Assembly: GCA_050730655.1 (NCBI GenBank)
Contig: JBOHNL010000019.1
Coordinates: 106,689 to 138,688 of the forward strand
Direction: 5' to 3'
From: Phycisphaerales bacterium
Lineage (GTDB): Bacteria; Planctomycetota; Phycisphaerae; Phycisphaerales; UBA1924
Length of the DNA stretch: 32,000 nucleotides
Below, one piece after another: positions 8,794-15,975 of this stretch. How positions within the stretch are numbered: position 1 is the first letter of the stretch; the number at the start of each line of letters is the position of its first letter. The notes under the pieces were generated by a model. The model saw only the letters and a list, made by a program, of their open reading frames with translations. It was not told the DNA's origin and searched no databases. The position numbers were made by a program, and so were the translations under genes.

Positions 8794-9546
8794 TCAGGGC
8801 ACTTCGATGGGTTCGGCGGGCTCTCTTGTGCTGCTTGCTCGCGCGGCGCGGCGTTCCGAACCCGGCGCGCTGAGAATCGCCGCCAGATCTTCGACGACTT
8901 CGCCGACATCGACGGCGAGCCGCTCCACTCGTCGCCGCAGGATCGTGTAGAGCACCGTGCAGGGAATCGCCACGAGCAGGCCCTGCGCCGTTGTGACAAG
9001 CGCGAGCGACATGTAGCTGGAAAGTTCGTTCGAGCGGGCAGCGCCTTCCAACTGGCCGATCGTCGCAAAGGCACCGATCATGCCGATCGTTGTGCCCAGC
9101 AGTCCCATCATCGGGCCGATCGCGGCGATAATGGCGATTCCATCGGTCGTCCGGATGAGTTTCTCAACTTCTTTCGAACCTGCGTCTTCGAGCGCGGCGC
9201 GGAGTTCGAGAAGACCAAAGTTGGAACGCGAGCAGCGCGTGAGCGCGGATGCGAATGTGTTCGCAAGAAAGCACTTGTTGTCGTCGCGCCGGCAGAACTC
9301 GATCGCGCCGACGGTGTCCGCGTTTCGCAGACGTTCTTCAAGCCCCAAAATCACGGTGGTCGGAGCCATGACCGAGATTCTCACTTTGAGGAGGTGCGCG
9401 ATGAGCAGAGCGACGGCCAGAATTGACAGGAGCACAAGCGTGTAGCCGATGAGGCCGCCCGCGTGGATGTACTCAAAGAGCGAGCGGCGCGACGCGGCGG
9501 GTGCGGCATCGGCAAGAAGCATGGGAAGCTGTCCAAGAAATCGCAT
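8794..9546 (-). CDS. exbB: MotA/TolQ/ExbB proton-channel family protein
   Basis: Three TM helices and the family signature IAAIGPMMGLLGTTIGMIGAF...LVTTAQGLLVAIP. Starts 2 nt after the upstream stop. Confidence 0.9.
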   Translation of the reverse strand: MRFLGQLPMLLADAAPAASRRSLFEYIHAGGLIGYTLVLLSILAVALLIAHLLKVRISVMAPTTVILGLEERLRNADTVGAIEFCRRDDNKCFLANTFASALTRCSRSNFGLLELRAALEDAGSKEVEKLIRTTDGIAIIAAIGPMMGLLGTTIGMIGAFATIGQLEGAARSNELSSYMSLALVTTAQGLLVAIPCTVLYTILRRRVERLAVDVGEVVEDLAAILSAPGSERRAARASSTREPAEPIEVP

Positions 9547-9548
9547 CG

Positions 9549-10715
9549 TTATTCCTTGTCGGGCACGGGAGCGGATTGGGGCAAAGGAGAGGTCTTTGGC
9601 GAAGCGGGCGGCATTTGTGCCAGCGTGTGACGGAGCGATGCAACGCCAGGCGAATCGAGAACGACATCGCCGGAAAATCGTCGCTCAAGATCGTCGAGGA
9701 GAGCACGAGAGCCATCCATATCGCCGAGCAGCGAAAGGCCGCGCGAGGCGCCGACGAGGGCAAGTGCAACAAGCGGCTGGGGCGCGCTCGTGCGCGACGC
9801 GATCCAAAGCAGATTCAGAACTCCCGCCCGCCGATCGTCGGCTCCTGACTCGGCGAGCAGCGATCGGCCGAACGCAAGCCGAATCCAGATTTGCTTCCAA
9901 AGCGGAACGTCGCCAGTCAGCCGGGCTGTGAGTTTTTGACGCGACTCAGCGCGGACTTCAGGATTGTCGCACTCGGCAAGCACCATGTCACCGGCAAGAT
10001 TTGCCCACGCCGGGTCTTTGGAGGCCTGCGCAAGATCGATCTTCCAAGGCTGCCCTGTATCGCGCCTCGCCGCGACGGCATAGATCAAAAACAGGTCGTC
10101 GCCGGACGGATGCGCCGTGCTTGGCGCGTGGGTAGTAAGCCCTTGACCCGCGAGCGCTCGAACGGCGGTTGAATCGGTCCACACAGGTGGAAGGACGTCG
10201 ATCCAATTGCTGGTAGGGTCAGAAATCCCGAGCCGAGCGCGCTGTGCCACCACCTGCTCCGGTGCGAGAGACGCAGATTGACGCACCCATTCGGTCCACG
10301 GTTCGATGGCGGTGGCGAGCGCACCCCGGTGCACGCGGCACGCCGCAAGGCCCGCGGCGACCTCGGCACGCGTAGGCCCGGAGGTTCCGGCCGTGCGAAC
10401 CCAGAGCTGTTCGTACAACGGCTCAGCGCCACCTTCGTCGTCGCGGCCCAGACGGGCCGAGGCACGCCAGAGGTCGGTCGCGAGCGAACGGTTGTCGTCG
10501 AACTTGCCGGCGAGCGGGCCTGACACACTCTTCACCTGCGAAAGCGATTCGAGCTTGGCGGGACGACCGCGTTCCGTTGCAAGGGTGATCCCCGCGGGCG
10601 AGATGTCCGTGATCGCGACGCGCGTGCCGGAGCGCAGGAGGGCCTGCGAATCCTCCGCCAATGAAGCGCAGGCGAGCATCCCGGAGCAGATGATGAGCGT
10701 GAATACTCGCTTCAC
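9549..10715 (-). CDS. exported hypothetical protein (388 aa), no family recognised
   Basis: Signal peptide MKRVFTLIICSGMLACASLA. GTG start overlaps the upstream TGA (GTGA at 10712-10715). Helical, Ala/Leu/Arg-rich. Confidence 0.7.
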   Translation of the reverse strand: MKRVFTLIICSGMLACASLAEDSQALLRSGTRVAITDISPAGITLATERGRPAKLESLSQVKSVSGPLAGKFDDNRSLATDLWRASARLGRDDEGGAEPLYEQLWVRTAGTSGPTRAEVAAGLAACRVHRGALATAIEPWTEWVRQSASLAPEQVVAQRARLGISDPTSNWIDVLPPVWTDSTAVRALAGQGLTTHAPSTAHPSGDDLFLIYAVAARRDTGQPWKIDLAQASKDPAWANLAGDMVLAECDNPEVRAESRQKLTARLTGDVPLWKQIWIRLAFGRSLLAESGADDRRAGVLNLLWIASRTSAPQPLVALALVGASRGLSLLGDMDGSRALLDDLERRFSGDVVLDSPGVASLRHTLAQMPPASPKTSPLPQSAPVPDKE

Positions 10716-11704
10716 GGGCGTGCTCCCGTGATAAAGGTGTAGGTTCCCTTCGACTGTGTCGCAATCCGTCGCATCTGAGGCTCGGACTCTCGGCTCATAA
10801 ACGCGAGGCAGTGGATGGGAATGCGAGGCGAGTTGAGCTTTGCGATGTCGTCGGCGATGGATGGATCAAACTCACCGTCGGTCATGAAGTAGATTGCGTC
10901 CGGACGTGGCCGGAGTCGAAAGGCAGCGCGGAACGCGTTGATCGGCTGTGTGCCGCCGCTGGGTGTAATGCCGGCGATCACCTTTCGTGCCCAGCGCTTG
11001 CGTTCTTCAAGTGCCTGCGACCAGTCTTTGGAATTGCCAAGCGGCGCGGCATCATCTGAAAAAGTGAAGACAGCGAACGTCGAAGTCTCGACAAGATTCT
11101 GAATGGAGCGGACGAGTTGCGACCGCAGCGCCTCGATCTTTCCCCCGACGCTCATCGAACCCGAGACATCGACAATAAAGACGAAGCGGCTGCCGGTGGC
11201 CTCGACACCAAAGAACGATGCGCCGCCTCCGCCGCCCCCGAGTCCAAGCCCGTCACCCATCGCCTCGTTGGCCGAAACGTTGCCGGCTCCAGACATTGCA
11301 CCGGAGGACTCAAGATTTTCAGAGTTCGCCAGCGACGGATCTCGCGGCACATCGAGCGGTTGCTCGGGGCTGACCTCTTTGAGTTCTGCCGAAAGGTCTC
11401 CCGATAAAGGCGATGCGACCTCGATCGAACTGGCCATGAGGTCGGAAAGCTCAGGGCCGCGTGTGAGGGCAAGCCCCGGTGGGTTCTCGTCACCGACTGC
11501 TGCGGACCCGCCGATGCCGTAGAAGACGCGCGACGAAATCAGCAGCCCGACAACATGGAACAGAATCGAGAGGATGAGACCGACCAGAAGTGCACGCCGC
11601 GCGAGTCGGAGGAGCCACCTCGAAGTTGGTTCAGAAGCGATCAATTGATCGCTGAGTGGATCGCGGGGCGACTCTCCGGATTCTGGATCGAGGACCTGCT
11701 CCAT
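10712..11704 (-). CDS. membrane-anchored von Willebrand factor A (vWA) domain protein
   Basis: N-terminal TM LLVGLILSILFHVVGLLISS, a low-complexity linker of about 100 aa with GLGGGGGG, then a vWA fold with MIDAS DVSGS (nt 11156-11170) in FVFIVDVSGSMSVGGKIEALR. ATG at 11702-11704. Confidence 0.85.
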   Translation of the reverse strand: MEQVLDPESGESPRDPLSDQLIASEPTSRWLLRLARRALLVGLILSILFHVVGLLISSRVFYGIGGSAAVGDENPPGLALTRGPELSDLMASSIEVASPLSGDLSAELKEVSPEQPLDVPRDPSLANSENLESSGAMSGAGNVSANEAMGDGLGLGGGGGGASFFGVEATGSRFVFIVDVSGSMSVGGKIEALRSQLVRSIQNLVETSTFAVFTFSDDAAPLGNSKDWSQALEERKRWARKVIAGITPSGGTQPINAFRAAFRLRPRPDAIYFMTDGEFDPSIADDIAKLNSPRIPIHCLAFMSRESEPQMRRIATQSKGTYTFITGARP

Positions 11705-11911
11705 GGAATGGAATTATGGCTTGGCCGGAAGGGTGTGCCCGGAGGGCGGTGCGCGCATGGCGTGACGGGCCTCCTTCCCGCGGACGGGCCCGAACATGAG
11801 TCTCTTTCGGTTGGGAGGGGAGTTGGTTGCCGCGGAAGCCAAAATCTGCGTGTGATGATCGCTCAAAGTGGAGAAAAACACGACTTCGGGGCCACGAAGA
11901 GGCGGGCGAAG

Positions 11912-11940
11912 TTGACGTGGCTGGATGCTTTGGTTTCAAT
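11912..11940 (+). promoter_or_regulatory. candidate sigma70-type promoter for pyrH-frr
   Basis: TTGACG (11912-11917), 17-nt spacer, TTCAAT (11935-11940), about 30 nt upstream of the pyrH ATG. Sequence match only. Confidence 0.3.
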
Positions 11941-11970
11941 GCCCTGCTTGCCACGCAAGAAGGAGCACCG

Positions 11971-12750
11971 ATGCCGACCAAGGAAGCAACCCGCAAAGTG
12001 ACAGCCCCAAAAAGCGGGAAACCAACCGGCGGCACGCGGAAGTACAAGCGTGTACTTCTCAAATTGAGCGGCGAGTCCTTCTGCAAGCCGGGCGGATTCG
12101 GGATCGGGGCGGACGAGCTGCACTGGATCGCGGGCGAGATCCGGGAGGCGGCCAAGCTTGGCACCGAGATCGCGGTCGTCGTCGGGGGCGGAAACATCAT
12201 CCGCGGAGCACAATTGGCCGAGGCGGGACACATCCACCAAGCGACGGCGGACCAGATGGGAATGCTCGGGACGGTGATCAACGCGCTCGCGCTGAAGGAA
12301 AAGCTTCGGGAACTGGGGAATGAGTGCCGCGTGATGTCGGCAATTGAAATTCGCGCGGTTGCGGAGCCGTTCATCCGGGGTCGCGCACTGCGTCACATGG
12401 AAAAGGGACGCGTGGTCATCCTCGCGGCGGGTACGGGCAATCCGTTCTTCACGACCGATACCTGCGCCGCGCTGCGGGCGACGGAACTCGAGTGCGACAT
12501 TCTTCTGAAAGCAACAAAAGTGGACGGCGTGTACACAGCCGATCCAAAGAAAGACCCGACCGCCAAGCGCTATGACACCATTTCGTTCGCCGACGCGCTC
12601 GCGAAGCAGCTCAAAGTGATGGACATGACGGCGCTGGCGATGTGCCAGGAACATGAGATCCCCCTGCTGGTTTTCGACTTCAATAAGAGCGGCAATATCG
12701 CGAAGGTGATCAAGGGCGATCGAGTCGGCACGCTTGTCACCGTGCACTAG
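11971..12750 (+). CDS. pyrH: UMP kinase
   Basis: RVLLKLSGE...VVVGGGNI.RG...MGMLGTVINALAL...ILAAGTGNPFFTTDTCAALRA.E...LLKATKVDGVYTADP is the UMP kinase signature. ATG at 11971 preceded by AAGGAG. The ORF-track start at 11827 adds an implausible 48-aa extension. Confidence 0.93.
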   Translation: MPTKEATRKVTAPKSGKPTGGTRKYKRVLLKLSGESFCKPGGFGIGADELHWIAGEIREAAKLGTEIAVVVGGGNIIRGAQLAEAGHIHQATADQMGMLGTVINALALKEKLRELGNECRVMSAIEIRAVAEPFIRGRALRHMEKGRVVILAAGTGNPFFTTDTCAALRATELECDILLKATKVDGVYTADPKKDPTAKRYDTISFADALAKQLKVMDMTALAMCQEHEIPLLVFDFNKSGNIAKVIKGDRVGTLVTVH

Positions 12751-12792
12751 ACCCTCCGCTTCGCTACGATCGATCAATCCGGAGCACCACGA

Positions 12793-13362
12793 ATGAGCGA
12801 CCCCGACACGATTCTGCTTGAGACCGAAGAAACAATGACCAAGGCTCTTGAGTATCTCAAGAGCGAGATCCGCGGCATCCGCACGGGGCGTGCGAGCCCG
12901 GCGATGGTGGACTTTGTGAAAGCCGATTACTACGGAACGATGACCGACCTGAAGAGCCTGGCGGCGGTCAGCGTCCCGGAGCCTTCGCAGCTTTTGATCA
13001 AGCCGTTCGATGCTGGATCAGTCGCCGCGATCAAGCAGGCGATCGAAGCCTCGGGACTGGGTCTCAACCCGCAGGTGGAAGGAAAGCAAATCCGCCTGAT
13101 CGTCCCGGCGCTCTCGACGGAGCGTCGCGCGCAGCTCTCGTCAAAGGTCAAGAAAATGGGCGAAGAGCAGAAGACCGCCATACGCAACGTTCGCCGCGAC
13201 GCAAACAAGCACGCGGAGAATCTTTCAACGCAGCCGGGCACACACTTCCCCGAAGACGAGATCAAGACGCTGAAGGACGAGATCCAGAAGCTGCTCAAGA
13301 AGTATGAGGACGACATCGACAAGCGTGTCGAAGAGAAGACCAAGGAAATTCAGACGGTGTGA
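12793..13362 (+). CDS. frr: ribosome recycling factor
   Basis: Full-length match to Frr (IRTGRASPAMVD...YYG..T.L..LA.VS.PE...L.I.PFD......I..AI..S.LGLNP...G..IR...P.L..ERR). GGAG 8 nt upstream of the ATG. Canonical pyrH-frr pairing. Confidence 0.95.
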   Translation: MSDPDTILLETEETMTKALEYLKSEIRGIRTGRASPAMVDFVKADYYGTMTDLKSLAAVSVPEPSQLLIKPFDAGSVAAIKQAIEASGLGLNPQVEGKQIRLIVPALSTERRAQLSSKVKKMGEEQKTAIRNVRRDANKHAENLSTQPGTHFPEDEIKTLKDEIQKLLKKYEDDIDKRVEEKTKEIQTV

Positions 13363-13416
13363 GAACCGTGCAGAATTGGAAGCGTTTTCAAGCTTTCACC
13401 CACCGAGTTATGTGAC

Positions 13417-13446
13417 AAACGCCCTGCAGTTGTAGGGCGTTTTCCG
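13417..13446 (+). terminator. rho-independent terminator after frr
   Basis: Stem AAACGCCCT (13417-13425) / AGGGCGTTT (13434-13442), 8-nt loop, followed by a T-rich TTTCCGTTT stretch. Confidence 0.5.
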
Positions 13447-13613
13447 TTTGCAGCGATTCGTAAATGTTGATTGCGCGCCTTCACCTTGTGGAACCTGGCC
13501 GGGCCCGCCTGCGCATGGCATAGTGAGATTGACAGTGAGAGTCTCGTAGAGCGGTCGGAGGTGCGCATTCGTTCAAGCGCAGCTGGCCGAGCTTCAGGGA
13601 AGGGGAAAAAGGG

Positions 13614-14822
13614 ATGATACCCGTCATACTTGAAATGAGGCGCTTCGGCGCCAGCGCGATGATTGCGCTGCTCTTTGCCTCGGCTATTACTTCGAGCGAT
13701 TCGCTCGCATCGATGGCCGACTCGACCGTCACGTCCAAGCTGGGCAACCGCGTCTCGCGCCGTGTTGATGCGATCAATGCAGGCAACTACAGCGCGTATC
13801 TGCCGGGCGCGATCACGCTGCTTAGCCCCACGCTTAGTCCTGAACTTGAAATGCTGGCCACGCTGCCGCTCAACGTCGGCCCCCAGGGTCTCGGCAAGTT
13901 TGTGCCCATGTCGCCGTTCGATACCGATATCGTGCTACAGCGCGGCTCCGCCGATGACAACTGCCGCGTGCTCTATCGCTCGGATTTCGATTCGCCTTTC
14001 CAGAAGACGCTGCGCAACGAATGGTCTTATGGAGACGTGCGTGAGACTCCTCAGGGTCGGCGCTTTCTCGGAACCATCGGGAACGGCTCGACCACGCTCA
14101 CTGTCGCCCAGGCGCCCAAGAACGGCGACTTTGTCATCCAGTTCGACGTTCTGGCGATCGGCCAGTGGCAGGGCAACAAGACCGCCACGGGCACGCCCGA
14201 AGTCTGGGGCGTCAAGGTTGTCGATGGCCCGGTGCTCGCCGAAACCAACTTTGCGACCATCCCCGGCGCAACGCAGTCGTATCCCGATTCGGTGGGCCGC
14301 TCGCAGTTCGAAGCCGGTTACCAGGCGCTTGAAACGTTCAAGACCGCTGATGGCAACTCAGCGACGGTGTATCGCCTGACCTATCGCTTCAATCGCGCCG
14401 CCTCGGCGACGGAATCCGGCACCGACGATGTCCGCATCGAGTTCTTCGCTCGCGGGCTGGCCGGCGAGCACGCTCCCGCCTGGGGGCTGACCAACGTCGT
14501 CCTCGCGCTCATCCCGGATTCGGGCGGCATGGGCGGTGGCGGCGGCACGAACAAGTATGACGGCAATTGGGGCGGCTTCGTCGCGGGCTTTCAGCCCAAT
14601 GGCTTCGGATTGATGCCGCCGGGTGCCTCGGGTTCAAAGACATCGTCCGCCCCGGCCCAAGCCGCGCGTCCGACAAACGACCAGGACCCGGGTTGGACCG
14701 AGCCCGACACGACTCCTCATCCGCCGACCCCGCCAGCACCGTCGGAGAACCAGGTGCCCGCGCCAGGGTCGCTCCTGGTGCTTGCGGCTAGCGGTCTTCT
14801 CGGCATCAAGCGCAAGCGCTGA
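13614..14822 (+). CDS. secreted PEP-CTERM sorting-domain protein, otherwise uncharacterised
   Basis: Signal peptide (MRRFGASAMIALLFASAITS; alternative ATG at 13635). C-terminus VPAPGSLLVLAASGLLGIKRKR has the PEP-like motif, a hydrophobic helix and a basic tail. Pro/Thr-rich linker and a GGMGGGGG tract upstream of it. Confidence 0.8.
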   Translation: MIPVILEMRRFGASAMIALLFASAITSSDSLASMADSTVTSKLGNRVSRRVDAINAGNYSAYLPGAITLLSPTLSPELEMLATLPLNVGPQGLGKFVPMSPFDTDIVLQRGSADDNCRVLYRSDFDSPFQKTLRNEWSYGDVRETPQGRRFLGTIGNGSTTLTVAQAPKNGDFVIQFDVLAIGQWQGNKTATGTPEVWGVKVVDGPVLAETNFATIPGATQSYPDSVGRSQFEAGYQALETFKTADGNSATVYRLTYRFNRAASATESGTDDVRIEFFARGLAGEHAPAWGLTNVVLALIPDSGGMGGGGGTNKYDGNWGGFVAGFQPNGFGLMPPGASGSKTSSAPAQAARPTNDQDPGWTEPDTTPHPPTPPAPSENQVPAPGSLLVLAASGLLGIKRKR

Positions 14823-14953
14823 ATCGGTTTGAGATCAACGAGACGAAAATAGAAAGAGGAGAGGGGCCATGGCGCGACAGAGTGCGATACACCCGTTCTC
14901 ACGTTCAAAGCGTGACCGGCAGCGTCTGAGCTGGGAGCGAATCCAGCACACTT

Positions 14954-15958
14954 CTACGCGAAGAGGCTTCGGCAAAAATCGACATCGGCCGGTGACATCG
15001 GGGCGTCAGACGCGCCCTTGACGTTGCAGGCCGACTGCCGCGCGTTGCGGAAGCCGGGGATCGTGCTGCAAACGTGCGGGTGAGCGAGCACAAAGCGACA
15101 CGCGGCCGAAGAAAGCGCTTCGATCGAGTCGCCAAATCGCGACTTGAGCATCGCCATCTTGGGCTGGAGCTCGCGCAGAGAGTCAGAAAGCATGTCCTTG
15201 CGGTTGTTCCGGTAATCACCCTCGGCGAACTTCGGCGGATTCTCCGGGTCGAACTTATCGAGCAAGATGCCCTGATCGAGCGGACCGAATCCAACGAACG
15301 AACAGCCGTACTTCTCCATCAGCGCGGGCACTTTGTTCCCCGGCTTGATGAACGGGTCGTACCGCATGTTGGACTTGCTCTGGAGCACATCCGGTCGGAC
15401 GACGGGGATTGCACGTTCGAAATCTTCGTCCGAGTACGCGCTCTGGCCGACGGCGCGAACCTTGCCTTCCTTCACGAGCGCCCGCATCGTGCCGGCCGCT
15501 TCGTGCAGATAGTCATGCTCCTTGCCATCAACCGTGCGCCCGACGAACGTGCCGTGGTGGAAGTAATAGATGTCAATGACTTCAGTTTGAAGGTTGCGAA
15601 GCGACTGTTCGCACTGGTGACGGATGTTGGAGGGTTCGTACGAGCACGACGCGGTGCCCGAAAAGTGCCCCACTTTCGTCGCGATCACCTGGTCTTTGCG
15701 CTGGACTCCAAGCTTTCGGAAACAGTTGCCAAGGATGCGTTCGGCGCGGCCGTTGCCGTAGACGTCGGCGTTGTCCCAGTGATTCACGCCGGCATCGAGC
15801 CCAACCTTGATACCGGCGAGAACTTCATCCTCGTTGACGTCGGCCCAGCCAATGGATTGGCCGTTGGAAGTGGACCAGTTCGGTCCACCCATCGTCCAGC
15901 AGCCGAATCCGATTTCCGAGACCTTGAGGCCTGTCTTGCCGACGGTTCGATAGCGCAA
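14954..15958 (-). CDS. aldo/keto reductase family oxidoreductase
   Basis: MRYRTVGKTGLKVSEIGFGCW...HWDNADVYGNG.AE..LG is the AKR N-terminal signature. Proposed TTG start at 15956-15958 with AGGAG (15965-15969) 6 nt upstream. The longest ORF (start 16069) would overlap sppA by 94 nt. Confidence 0.85.
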   Translation of the reverse strand: MRYRTVGKTGLKVSEIGFGCWTMGGPNWSTSNGQSIGWADVNEDEVLAGIKVGLDAGVNHWDNADVYGNGRAERILGNCFRKLGVQRKDQVIATKVGHFSGTASCSYEPSNIRHQCEQSLRNLQTEVIDIYYFHHGTFVGRTVDGKEHDYLHEAAGTMRALVKEGKVRAVGQSAYSDEDFERAIPVVRPDVLQSKSNMRYDPFIKPGNKVPALMEKYGCSFVGFGPLDQGILLDKFDPENPPKFAEGDYRNNRKDMLSDSLRELQPKMAMLKSRFGDSIEALSSAACRFVLAHPHVCSTIPGFRNARQSACNVKGASDAPMSPADVDFCRSLFA

Positions 15959-15975
15959 AGCAAACTCCTGAAGGC

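Noticed and set aside
7815-9546. Interpreting ExbB/ExbD/ExbD as a Zorya-type (ZorAB) phage-defence motor or as a flagellar MotAB stator
   Set aside because: The small subunits are ExbD/TolR-like: a single TM with Asp, a short periplasmic domain and no OmpA/MotB peptidoglycan-binding domain. The channel protein is of ExbB size and lacks the long ZorA tail. There are no ZorC/ZorD-like nuclease or helicase genes and no flagellar genes.
11827-11970. Longest-ORF N-terminal extensions of pyrH (11827), the CDGSH gene (19356) and the AAA+ ATPase (27891)
   Set aside because: The extensions are basic and low-complexity and lack homology to the families. Internal ATGs at 11971 and 19431 have good AGGAG/GGAG sites, and 28026 gives a family-typical N-terminus.
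11863-12777. 304-aa ORF (and the 247-aa ORF at 11631..12374) antisense to pyrH
   Set aside because: pyrH on the plus strand has unmistakable UMP-kinase motifs. The antisense translation is Arg/Ala/Gly/Pro-rich with no motif. This is a typical shadow ORF of GC-rich DNA.
13514-13534. TGGCAT...TTGACA upstream of the PEP-CTERM gene as a sigma54 or sigma70 promoter
   Set aside because: The GG/GC spacing of a -24/-12 promoter is not met. The TTGACA at 13529-13534 has no acceptable -10 hexamer at 16-18 nt.
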